Of a stretch of DNA of 38,562 nucleotides, positions 18,307 to 27,028 are shown one piece after another. Position 1 is the first letter of the stretch. Each line of letters starts with the position of its first letter. This DNA is from Alcanivorax sp. (GTDB taxonomy: Bacteria; Pseudomonadota; Gammaproteobacteria; Pseudomonadales; Alcanivoracaceae). The notes beneath the pieces were generated by a model. The model was not told the origin of the DNA. It worked only from the letters and a program-made list of their open reading frames with translations, and ran no database searches. A program made the translations under genes and the position numbers. The DNA lies in NCBI GenBank assembly GCA_041624875.1, contig JBFJUC010000001.1:1-38562 (forward strand). The letters run 5' to 3'.

Positions 18307-19740
18307 TCAGGGTGCGGCCACCGGATCGTTGCCGGCGCAAACGCGATGCACGCGCAGTGAACCGTTGGCGTTGAGCAGGCCGGCGTAGTCGAGCTGGATT
18401 TCATCGAACGCCGGGGTCTCGTCGGTGATTTCCGCGGACAGGAAGCGTTGGTCGCTGTTCAGGCTCAGGCCCAGCAGTTCCAGGCCCAGCAGGCCGCCGC
18501 CGACGGTGGCGCTGTCCACTTCCTCACCGTCGTCGTAGAAACGCAGGGTCAGGAAGTCACCGAGCAGGCTCAGGTTGAGCAGAGAGGAAGCCGGATCGGA
18601 GATCACCATGCCGATACGGTTGATGCCGGAGAAGTCGTTGGCCGCGTCCACCGCGGTGGCACGAATCTCGGCGCCGCCGTAGATCGCCGCCAGACCCACG
18701 TTAATGGTGGCGAAGGAGTCATCGCTACCGTCAACCAGGCTACCCGCTTCGCTGACGCCACAGCCCAGGCACACGCCCAGTGAGTTGCCACTGGCTTCAT
18801 AGTCCGGGGTGGTCAGCGGCTGGTAGGTGCTGGTGGCGTTACAGGTGAAGCCGTCGTCGTCGCACACATCACCGATGCCGTCGCCGTCGCTGTCGAGCTG
18901 GTCCGCGTTGGCGGTCAGCGGGCAGTTGTCCAGGTCGTCGGGGATGCCGTCGCCGTCGGTGTCCATGTCGTTATCAACCGGGCAGCCCTGATTTTCCGGC
19001 GGGCCGGGTACGGTCGGGCACTCGTCGTTGCCGTCGTTGGTGCCGTCGCCGTCGTCGTCGTCGTCACACACGTCGCCCACGTTGTCGCCGTCCAGATCCG
19101 CTTGGTCCAGGTTGGGCACGAACACGCAGTTGTCTTCCGGGTCCAGAACGGTATCGCCGTCGGTGTCGTCTTCGCAGGCGTCGCCGATGCCGTCCATGTC
19201 GGTGTCGACCTGGTCGTTGTTCGCTACGAACGGGCAGTTGTCGTCGTCGTTGGGGATGCCGTCACCGTCGCGATCGTCGTCGCAGGCGTCACCAATACCA
19301 TCCATGTCGGAATCAGCCTGGCTGTGATTGACCACCAGCGGACAGTTGTCGGAGTCGTCGTCGTGGCCGTCACCATCGGTGTCGGTGTTATCGTCACAGG
19401 CGTCGCCGAGGCCATCCATATCGGTGTCGGTCTGATCCGTATTGCTGACCCAGGGGCAGTTATCCGGATCGTTGGGGACGCCGTCGCCGTCGATGTCGTC
19501 GTCGCAAGCGTCGCCGATGCCATCGTTGTCCTGATCCCGCTGGTCGTTGTTGGCGAAGGCGGGGCAGTTATCCATGTCGTCAGGAATGCCATCGTTATCC
19601 TGATCATCAGGATTGTTCGGGTTGGGATTGTTGGGAGTAGTGATAACACTGTCATCACTGTCGTTGGCTTCGCAGCCGTACACCCCGACGCCGAGAGCGG
19701 CGACCAGGATCAGCATCAATAAACTTTTAATGTGCAACAT
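18307..19740 (-). CDS. thrombospondin type-3 repeat (Ca2+-binding) putative lipoprotein with uncharacterised C-terminal domain
   Basis: Hydrophobic signal ending VYGC; six DxDxDGxxxxxDNCP...DxDxDGxGDACD-type units plus one DGDG..DECP....GCP unit; ATG 19740 has a GAGG RBS (alternative GTG 19755 overlaps the ompA stop). Confidence 0.85.
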   Translation of the reverse strand: MLHIKSLLMLILVAALGVGVYGCEANDSDDSVITTPNNPNPNNPDDQDNDGIPDDMDNCPAFANNDQRDQDNDGIGDACDDDIDGDGVPNDPDNCPWVSNTDQTDTDMDGLGDACDDNTDTDGDGHDDDSDNCPLVVNHSQADSDMDGIGDACDDDRDGDGIPNDDDNCPFVANNDQVDTDMDGIGDACEDDTDGDTVLDPEDNCVFVPNLDQADLDGDNVGDVCDDDDDGDGTNDGNDECPTVPGPPENQGCPVDNDMDTDGDGIPDDLDNCPLTANADQLDSDGDGIGDVCDDDGFTCNATSTYQPLTTPDYEASGNSLGVCLGCGVSEAGSLVDGSDDSFATINVGLAAIYGGAEIRATAVDAANDFSGINRIGMVISDPASSLLNLSLLGDFLTLRFYDDGEEVDSATVGGGLLGLELLGLSLNSDQRFLSAEITDETPAFDEIQLDYAGLLNANGSLRVHRVCAGNDPVAAP

Positions 19741-19751
19741 GATCGTTTTCC

Positions 19752-20843
19752 TCACTTCTCGGTAACGCGGAATTCAACGCGGCGGTTCATGGCACGGCCG
19801 GATTCGCTTTCGTTGCTGGCCACCGGGTTCAGCTCGCCATAGCCCCGGGCAGTCACACGGGACGGGTCGACACCACGGTTGATCAGATACTGGCGAACGG
19901 ACTCGGCACGCTCCTGGGAAAGCTGCTCGTTGTAGGCCGCGGCACCGACGCTGTCGGTGTGACCACCTACTTCCACGCGGAAATCGGTCTGCGATTTCAG
20001 GGAGTCGGCGATACGGTCCAGGGAGGACTCGGACGAGCGGGTCAGCTTCGCGGAGTCGAATTCGAAGTTGATATTGGTCAGAGTCACGGTCTGGTTGACG
20101 ATCAGACAGCCGTTGGAATCCACGCGCCCACCTTCCAGCGTGTTCGGGCACTGATCACGGTTATCGGGCACGCCGTCACCGTCGGAGTCCATCACCGGCT
20201 GGGGTTTGGCGACCACTTCACGGGTTTTGATCACCGTTTTTTCCTTGGTCACGACTTTGGTGTAACCGAGCGGGATTTCCACGCCGAGTGACAGGCGGAC
20301 GTCGCCGAAAGCACCGTCGCCGCGAGCCGGGCCGGAGCCGTCGAAATCATCGTAGACGTAACGGGCGTCGCCACGCAGCTTCAGGCCGTTATTGAAGATC
20401 GGCCCGGTCACCGCGCCGATGCCGGCGTTGACGGTGAGGTTGGTGTCCTGGTCTTCGTCCGGCAGTACTTCCTGGTCGATCGCGCCCACGGCGGCAATCA
20501 CATAGGGCGTGAAGCCGGTGCGATCACCGAAGGCGTAGGCGAGACCGGTGGTCAGGTGGTACTGATAGAAATCCTGGAAGTCGGCCTGATTCGGATCCAT
20601 CTTGTAGAAGCCGCCTTCGGTTTCCCACCAGACGCGGTCGGACAACTGACGACCGTAGAAGACGCTGTAGCCCAGGCCTTCATCGTCGAACTGCCGATCT
20701 TCGTCCAAATCCACGTAGGAGGCGAAGCCACCCACATACTGACGAGTGTTCAACGTCTCCTCGTAGCGGTCTTCCGCCAGGGCCGGCTGAAAAGCCAGCC
20801 CCGCGGCGAACGCAAGAGTCGACAACCTCACGATATTTTTCAT
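19752..20843 (-). CDS. OmpA/OprF-family outer membrane protein
   Basis: Signal peptide (ALA), N-terminal beta-barrel, [15 protein letters not shown]...NGC linker, OmpA-C motifs [36 protein letters not shown]. Confidence 0.92.
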   Translation of the reverse strand: MKNIVRLSTLAFAAGLAFQPALAEDRYEETLNTRQYVGGFASYVDLDEDRQFDDEGLGYSVFYGRQLSDRVWWETEGGFYKMDPNQADFQDFYQYHLTTGLAYAFGDRTGFTPYVIAAVGAIDQEVLPDEDQDTNLTVNAGIGAVTGPIFNNGLKLRGDARYVYDDFDGSGPARGDGAFGDVRLSLGVEIPLGYTKVVTKEKTVIKTREVVAKPQPVMDSDGDGVPDNRDQCPNTLEGGRVDSNGCLIVNQTVTLTNINFEFDSAKLTRSSESSLDRIADSLKSQTDFRVEVGGHTDSVGAAAYNEQLSQERAESVRQYLINRGVDPSRVTARGYGELNPVASNESESGRAMNRRVEFRVTEK

Positions 20844-20850
20844 GTTCTAC

Positions 20851-20903
20851 CCCCCTCGGGTATCAACGGATTACAGTGCAATCATTGGAATATCCCGGGG
20901 AGG
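20851..20903 (-). promoter_or_regulatory. long 5'-UTR hairpin that includes the ompA Shine-Dalgarno in its 3' arm
   Basis: Minus strand CCTCCCCGGGATATTCCAATGATTGC-ACT-GTAATCCGTTGATACCCGAGGGGG, ending 7 nt before the ATG. Confidence 0.55.
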
Positions 20904-21092
20904 TAAAAAAAACAGAATTCCGGTGACGTCCGGTTGGAATAGTGTTGTGAACTTATCCATGCTTTTGCACAAATTGTACAAGCCGTATCATTTTGTATCC
21001 GGTCTGTATCCGAAAACCGGTTTGGCCCGATCAGCCTTGCGGTCGGAGCACTCTGAAAATACGTTCGTGTAAAAATAAAAAAGAGGCTACTC

Positions 21093-23123
21093 ATGCAGTT
21101 ATCCAAACCCCGGCGATTCGGTCGCCGGCGGCTCGTGCTCACCTTCTTGTTGCTGTTCGGCGTACTGGCCGTTGCCCTGCTGCACACCGCCTGGCCTTTT
21201 CTGACCTATCCCAGAGAGACGCTCAGTTTCCAGGTTCCGGAGCCTCTGCCGCCCACGGGAGGCGGCCAGCCCCTGGCCGGTGTGGCTGAAGTGGACATCA
21301 CGCCCGCCATCGGCTTACCCAAGTTCGGCTATTCCGCCTGGGCGAAAAACGCCGACGGTTTCCGCACCCGGCTCAAGGCCCGCGCTTTTTACCTGCACGG
21401 CCCAGGGCAAACCCCTCTGGCGCTGGTACAGCTGGATCTGGGCGCCGGTTCTCTGCCTTTGCACTACGCCGTCGCCGAACGCATCGCCGCCGCCACGGAC
21501 GTGCCCGCGAGGGGCCTGAGCCTGCTGGTCACCCACACCCATTCCGGCCCCGGCCAATACCTGGGCAGCGACTTTTACAACACCTTCGGCGCCAACAGTG
21601 CCGGCTTCGACCCGGAGCTGTTCCGTTTTTTGAGCGAGCGCATCAGTGAGGCGGTGATCCGCGCCTATAACAATCGTCGCCCGGCGCGGCTGGCCACGGG
21701 TCAACGGGACGTTTGGGGCCTGACCCGTAACCGCTCGGTACAGGCATGGGCGCGCAATCACAATCTTGACCCGGAAAAGATGGGCGAGGACGACGCCCTG
21801 CGCGCCGTCAATCCACGCATGACCATGCTGCGCATCGATCTGCGGGCCGATGACGGCCGCTACTACCCGGCTGGCGCTCTGACCCTGTTTTCCATCCATG
21901 GCACCGCCATTCCCGCCTTTACCCGCCCCTATCACGCGGACGTCTGGCACTGGCTGGCGCGCGGCCTGAGCGCGGACTTCGGCGAAGACCTGCCGTGGCC
22001 GTTCGTGCACGGCGCCTTTCAGGCCACCCACGCGGACAACAACCCGGCCTGGCACCCGGACCACCGCGGCGATCTGGAAGCCCGGCGCATCGGCAAGGCG
22101 CTCGGCGACCAGGCAGGCGAGTTGTTCGAGCGCTTGGCCAGCGACCTGACGCCGCGCCTGCGCACCGCCGCCGCCAGCCGGCTGATCAATGTACTGGCGT
22201 TACCCGAGGAGCAGCGCCACGGTCTGTGCCCGCGCGCGGTGGTGGGCGCCGCCACCATGGGCGCCGCCAACGGCGATGAAGTGTTCCCGATCTCCTACCT
22301 GCCGTTTCTTCAGGAGGGCTGGCCCCGCACCGTGTTCGCCGACGGCTGCCAGGCGGAAAAGCAATGGGCGCTGTCGAAGCTGCAATTGTTGATGTCCGCC
22401 GACACTTTCCCACACCGGGCACTGTTTCAGGTGCTGCGCATCAACGACCTGGTGCTGGTGCCCCTGCCCTGGGAAATCACCCTGGAAAGCGGTAACCGCA
22501 TCCGTGGCCAGGTGCTCGACACCCTGCCCGCCGGTACCGAGTGGCGGGTGGAAATCTCCAGCCTGGCCAACGGCTTTTTCGGCTACGCGGTGAGCGAAGC
22601 GGAGTACGGCGCCCAATACTACGAGGGCGGTCACACCCTCTATGGGCCGCACACGCTGAACTTTCTCGCTGCGCAAAGCGCACGCCTGAGCGGCGACCTG
22701 ATACGCACCGGCGGCGTCGACGATTACCCCAAGGAAAGCCGCTTCGAACTGCTTAGCCATCGCTACTGGCCAAACAGCAGCCCGGACCGCACCTGGTCGC
22801 GAAGCTGGCAAGAGGCGGCGGCTTTCCATCGTGGCGAGGGGAACAGTGGTTCTTATTGGTCGTGGCGCTTCATTGGCGAGCCACCGGGCGATCTGCGCCT
22901 GCATGAACCGCTGCTGCGGATTATTCGCAGCGACAACCGTAGCACGCTGGTGGACGATGACAGCGGCGACCTGCGCCTGCGATTAATCGACGCCGACGTC
23001 GACGGCCAGGCCCTTTATGAGGTGCGCTGGTATCACCCGCCGGTTGCCGAGAAGGGCCGCTTTCAGCTGGAAGTGAGGGCCGGCGCCAACGCGCCCGCGC
23101 TGGTTTCGCCGGCGTTCCCTTAA
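21093..23123 (+). CDS. neutral/alkaline non-lysosomal ceramidase family protein with N-terminal membrane anchor
   Basis: AGVAEVDITP, RLKARAF, THTHSGPG, RNRS, FSIHGT, PWEIT, LANG, QYYEGG motifs; N-terminal basic + hydrophobic segment; GAGG RBS. Confidence 0.82.
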   Translation: MQLSKPRRFGRRRLVLTFLLLFGVLAVALLHTAWPFLTYPRETLSFQVPEPLPPTGGGQPLAGVAEVDITPAIGLPKFGYSAWAKNADGFRTRLKARAFYLHGPGQTPLALVQLDLGAGSLPLHYAVAERIAAATDVPARGLSLLVTHTHSGPGQYLGSDFYNTFGANSAGFDPELFRFLSERISEAVIRAYNNRRPARLATGQRDVWGLTRNRSVQAWARNHNLDPEKMGEDDALRAVNPRMTMLRIDLRADDGRYYPAGALTLFSIHGTAIPAFTRPYHADVWHWLARGLSADFGEDLPWPFVHGAFQATHADNNPAWHPDHRGDLEARRIGKALGDQAGELFERLASDLTPRLRTAAASRLINVLALPEEQRHGLCPRAVVGAATMGAANGDEVFPISYLPFLQEGWPRTVFADGCQAEKQWALSKLQLLMSADTFPHRALFQVLRINDLVLVPLPWEITLESGNRIRGQVLDTLPAGTEWRVEISSLANGFFGYAVSEAEYGAQYYEGGHTLYGPHTLNFLAAQSARLSGDLIRTGGVDDYPKESRFELLSHRYWPNSSPDRTWSRSWQEAAAFHRGEGNSGSYWSWRFIGEPPGDLRLHEPLLRIIRSDNRSTLVDDDSGDLRLRLIDADVDGQALYEVRWYHPPVAEKGRFQLEVRAGANAPALVSPAFP

Positions 23124-23157
23124 CCGGGCGTCCCTGACCGGGCGTCCCTGACCGGGC
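23123..23157. repeat. 14-bp tandem repeat, 2.5 perfect copies
   Basis: ACCGGGCGTCCCTG at 23123-23136 and 23137-23150, then ACCGGGC. Confidence 0.85.
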
Positions 23158-23279
23158 TGAGCGACATCACAAAGTGCTAATAACCGCGTGGTTATCGGGT
23201 TTCTCCGGCGTCCGCCCCTGCTACACTGGACCCTTGTTCACAGGAAGTAGTGTCGTGGAGAGCGGTTGTGAAAAGTGCC

Positions 23280-23876
23280 ATGAGGGCCCTGTTACTGGCG
23301 GTGGTGTGGTTAAGCGGGTGCGCCAGCACCACGGAAGTGACGACGCGGACGATCACCGACACCCCGCCCCCCCCTGCGGAGACCCTGTTGCTGGTAGCGC
23401 AGAGTCCGGAAGGCGACACCCGGGAAACCTGGGAGCTCACCTGCCGGCCGATCTTCGAACGCGCCGGCCTGACCGTGCTGCTCAGCCACCAGGAAGTGCC
23501 GCTCTGGTATGAACGGGGACCTAAGGCGCTGGTGGAATGGACCGCCGACAACCCGGTGGACCGAATTCTTCGGGTCGACCTGACCCGCCTGTTGATGTCG
23601 GCCCCGCACATGCGCGAGCGCCAGGCGCTCAACCCGATCAACCAGGACAACGAAGTACGCCCCACCTGGCGCGTGGGTCTCGACGGCGAGCGCATCAAGG
23701 AAGCCCCGCCGGCGGATGTGGAGCAAGCCTTCCCCGCCGACCTGCTCGCCGGCGACGGCACCAACCTCTGGCATGGCATGGCGCGCACCCACGAAGCCAA
23801 CGATCAGACCGCCATCGCCAAGAGCCAGTGCCTGGCCCTGCGCGACACTCTGCGGCAGGTCGGCCTGCTGCCCTGA
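23280..23876 (+). CDS. hypothetical lipoprotein
   Basis: [14 protein letters not shown] lipobox, Thr/Pro-rich linker, two further Cys. Confidence 0.7.
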   Translation: MRALLLAVVWLSGCASTTEVTTRTITDTPPPPAETLLLVAQSPEGDTRETWELTCRPIFERAGLTVLLSHQEVPLWYERGPKALVEWTADNPVDRILRVDLTRLLMSAPHMRERQALNPINQDNEVRPTWRVGLDGERIKEAPPADVEQAFPADLLAGDGTNLWHGMARTHEANDQTAIAKSQCLALRDTLRQVGLLP

Positions 23877-23961
23877 CGCCGGGCGGCTTACCTGCCCACG
23901 GGTTGAGAGTCGCCGGCCCCGCCCCCAACTGTTCTTCACGGTACGGTTTAACGGAGGTTGT

Positions 23962-24582
23962 ATGAAAGCTGTGATCCCCGGCACATCCCTGGCGATACAC
24001 CCGGACCGGTTCCCCGATCCGGTGGAAGACGTGCCCACCGATCAAGACGCCGGCCGCGCGGTGCTCGCCGGCGGCTGTTTCTGGTGCGTGGAAGCGGTCT
24101 ACCAACCTCTCGACGGCGTGACCTCGGTGGTATCCGGCTACGCCGGCGGCGACGCGGCCAGCGCCAACTACGAAGCGGTCTGCAGCGGTCGTACCGGCCA
24201 CGCGGAAGTGATTGAGGTGCGCTACGACCCGCACCGGATCAGCTTCGGCGCATTGCTCAAGCTGTTCTTCGCGGTGGCCCACGACCCCACCCAGAAAGAC
24301 CGCCAGGGCAACGACCGCGGGCCCCAATACCGTTCCGCCATCTTCCCGGTGGACGAGGCACAGCGGAAAGTCGCCCAGGACTATATTCAGCAGTTGGAAA
24401 ACGCCGGCGCCTTCACCGCGCCCATCGTCACCACTCTGGAACCCGGCCACCCGTTCCACGCGGCGGAGGACTACCACCAGGATTTCGCGCGCCGCAATCC
24501 CAACCAGCCCTACATCACCCATGTGGCGAAGCCGAAACTGGAAAAGCTGCACGCCGCCTTCCCGGAATTGCTAAAGACCTGA
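23962..24582 (+). CDS. msrA: peptide-methionine (S)-S-oxide reductase MsrA
   Basis: [47 protein letters not shown]; GGAGG RBS before ATG 23962. Confidence 0.95.
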   Translation: MKAVIPGTSLAIHPDRFPDPVEDVPTDQDAGRAVLAGGCFWCVEAVYQPLDGVTSVVSGYAGGDAASANYEAVCSGRTGHAEVIEVRYDPHRISFGALLKLFFAVAHDPTQKDRQGNDRGPQYRSAIFPVDEAQRKVAQDYIQQLENAGAFTAPIVTTLEPGHPFHAAEDYHQDFARRNPNQPYITHVAKPKLEKLHAAFPELLKT

Positions 24583-24591
24583 GAGGTTGCC

Positions 24592-25020
24592 ATGACTGTT
24601 TCCGCCAGCGGCTTTGATCTGACGCCGCTCACCGACGCCGAAAAACAACAGCGCGCCGCCGGCCTCACCGCCGAGGAACGCCGCATCCTGCTGAATCAGG
24701 GCACCGAGCCCCCGTACTGCGGCGGTTTACTGGACAACAAGGAAAGCGGCACCTACGCGTGCAAGCTGTGTCATCTGCCCCTGTTCCACGCCGACAGCAA
24801 GTTTGAGTCCGGCACCGGCTGGCCCAGTTTCTTCGCGCCGGTGGACGCCCAGCACGTGCGCGAGCTGAAGGACAACAGCCACGGCATGGTGCGCGTGGAA
24901 ATCCGCTGCGCGCGCTGCGACGGCCACCTTGGACATGTGTTTCCCGACGGCCCGCCGCCCACCGGCCAACGCTACTGCCTCAATTCCGCGTCACTGGTGT
25001 TCGAGCCGCAGCCCGGCTAG
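24592..25020 (+). CDS. msrB: peptide-methionine (R)-S-oxide reductase MsrB
   Basis: GTEPP, two CxxC Zn sites, [27 protein letters not shown]. Confidence 0.95.
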   Translation: MTVSASGFDLTPLTDAEKQQRAAGLTAEERRILLNQGTEPPYCGGLLDNKESGTYACKLCHLPLFHADSKFESGTGWPSFFAPVDAQHVRELKDNSHGMVRVEIRCARCDGHLGHVFPDGPPPTGQRYCLNSASLVFEPQPG

Positions 25021-25101
25021 CCCGGCGCCCCGACCCGGGAGCAACCCTCCGCTTGACCCTGGGTAACAAGCAGCCACTCCCGCATTGCCAGCCGAAACGC
25101 A

Positions 25102-25130
25102 GTGTTTACTATTGGGGAAAACACCCAATA
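25102..25130. promoter_or_regulatory. interlocking inverted repeats (candidate operator or leader structure)
   Basis: GTGTTT(25102-07)/AAACAC(25119-24) and TATTGGG(25110-16)/CCCAATA(25124-30). Confidence 0.4.
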
Positions 25131-25173
25131 ACACGCACCTCGGCCAGCCGGCTCAGCCCGCAAGGAGTGCCCT

Positions 25174-26685
25174 ATGAACGCCGTTTCCCCCCTGGCATCA
25201 CGCCGCCACGACAGCGCCGGTGAGCGCTGGTCACGGATGCCGGTGATCCGCACCGGCGACGATTACATCGCCAGCCTCAAAGGTCGCGGCACCCGTTTAT
25301 TCCTGTTCGGCGAACTGATCGACGAACCCGCCGACCACCCGATGATCCGGCCCAGCATCAACGCCCTCCGCGCTACCTACGACCTGGCCATTGATGATCC
25401 GGAGCTGGCCACCGCCCATTCGCCGCTGATCGACGCCACCGTGAACCGCTTTCTGCATATGCCCGAGTCGCCCCAGGACCTGGTGATGAAGAACCGCATG
25501 CAACGACGCCTCGGCCAACTTACCGGCACGTGTTTCCAGCGCTGTACCGGCCTGGACACACTCAGCGTGCTGCATTCGATCACCTGGGACATCGATCAGA
25601 AACACGGCACCGGCTACCACCAGCGCTACCTGGCGTTCCTCAAGGAAGCGCAGCGCCACAACGTGTTGATCGCCGCCGGCATGACCGACCCCACGGGCGA
25701 CCGCAGCAAGCGCCCGTTCGAACAAAGCGACCAGGATATGTTCCTGCACGTCTCCGCACGCAACGACGACGGCATCTTTGTGCGCGGCGTTAAGGCCCAT
25801 ATGACCGGCGGCTGGAACCAGCACTGGATCTGCGTGATGCCGACCATGAACCTGAGCGAGCACGACAAGGACTACGCCGTGGTCGGCATGATCCCCGGCG
25901 ACGCCGAAGGCATTACCTACATCTACGGCCGCCAAAGCAGCGACACCCGCTCCATGGAGGGCGGCAGCATCGACCAGGGCAACGCCGAGTACGGCGGCCA
26001 GGAAGTGTGGGTGTACTTCGACGACATCTTCATCCCCCATGAGCACGTGCTGATGGACGGCGAGTACGAATTCGCCCAGGACATGGTGGCACGCTTCACC
26101 GCCTACCACCGGGCCAGCTATGTGTGCAAAACCGGCCTTGGCGACGTGATGACCGGCGCCGCCGCCACCATCGCCGACTACAACGGCGTAGACAAAGTCA
26201 GCCATATCAAGGACAAGCTGGTGGAGATGGTGCACCTGAACGAAACCATTTTCTCCTCCGGCATCGCCAGCTCCCACGAAGCCAAACCGCTGGCCAGCGG
26301 CATCTATATGAACGACGCCATGCTCTCCAATGTGTGCAAGCACAACGTCACCCGCTTCCCCTATGAAATCGCCCGCCTGGCCCAGGATCTGGCCGGCGGC
26401 ATTGTCGCCACCATGCCCAGCGAAAAAGACCTGGAGAACGAAGAAGCCGGCGCCATCATCCGCCGATTCCTGAAAGGCCGGGACGACATCCCCACCGAGG
26501 ACCGCATGCGCATCCTGCGCCTGATCGAGAATATGACCCTGGGCCGCAACGCGGTGGGCTACCTGACCGAATCCATGCACGGCGCCGGCAGCCCCCAGGC
26601 CCAGCGTATTCAAATCCTGCGCGGCATGGATGTGGAGTCCAAGAAATGGCACGCCCGCAAGCTGGCGGGGATCAAACAGGCCTGA
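25174..26685 (+). CDS. 4-hydroxybutyryl-CoA dehydratase/vinylacetyl-CoA isomerase-like protein (AbfD; HpaB/PvcC/4-BUDH fold)
   Basis: GTCFQRC (two Fe-S Cys), MTDP.GDR, KAHMTG, GGQE, YHRASYVCK (His and Cys ligands), TESMHGAGSPQAQR; AAGGAG RBS. Confidence 0.82.
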   Translation: MNAVSPLASRRHDSAGERWSRMPVIRTGDDYIASLKGRGTRLFLFGELIDEPADHPMIRPSINALRATYDLAIDDPELATAHSPLIDATVNRFLHMPESPQDLVMKNRMQRRLGQLTGTCFQRCTGLDTLSVLHSITWDIDQKHGTGYHQRYLAFLKEAQRHNVLIAAGMTDPTGDRSKRPFEQSDQDMFLHVSARNDDGIFVRGVKAHMTGGWNQHWICVMPTMNLSEHDKDYAVVGMIPGDAEGITYIYGRQSSDTRSMEGGSIDQGNAEYGGQEVWVYFDDIFIPHEHVLMDGEYEFAQDMVARFTAYHRASYVCKTGLGDVMTGAAATIADYNGVDKVSHIKDKLVEMVHLNETIFSSGIASSHEAKPLASGIYMNDAMLSNVCKHNVTRFPYEIARLAQDLAGGIVATMPSEKDLENEEAGAIIRRFLKGRDDIPTEDRMRILRLIENMTLGRNAVGYLTESMHGAGSPQAQRIQILRGMDVESKKWHARKLAGIKQA

Positions 26686-26698
26686 ACCACCGGCGGTC

Positions 26699-26726
26699 TT
26701 GCCAGCCGTGGGGTTCCTGCTAAACT
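26699..26726 (+). promoter_or_regulatory. sigma70 promoter for tRNA-Thr
   Basis: TTGCCA-N16-TAAACT followed by GC-rich discriminator AGCGCCCGC. Confidence 0.65.
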
Positions 26727-26755
26727 AGCGCCCGCTCGCCACCGCGGCGGGCCGT

Positions 26756-26831
<76 letters not shown>

Positions 26832-27028
26832 TTATTCGAAACACCCGCCGCCAGCGTGAACGTCACGCCAATTTCTCCGCTACCGCCGCCGCCTCGGTAA
26901 AACCTTTATAAAGCTTGGGCTTATCGCTCGCCTGAGCCCCCTCCATGCATTGACTCAACGCCCCTCTTCGCCAACTGTGTAAGTCCATTTTCTGACGCAC
27001 CCACCGCGCTGTGGAGAAGGCCCCGTTT

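Noticed and set aside
18840-19610. CRISPR-like or DNA-level repeat array
   Set aside because: The periodicity is explained by TSP3 protein repeats with synonymous divergence; there is no repeat-spacer structure and no cas gene
25174-26685. 4-hydroxyphenylacetate 3-monooxygenase (HpaB) call
   Set aside because: Same fold family, but the Fe-S ligand motifs and the absence of an HpaC reductase favour an AbfD-like dehydratase
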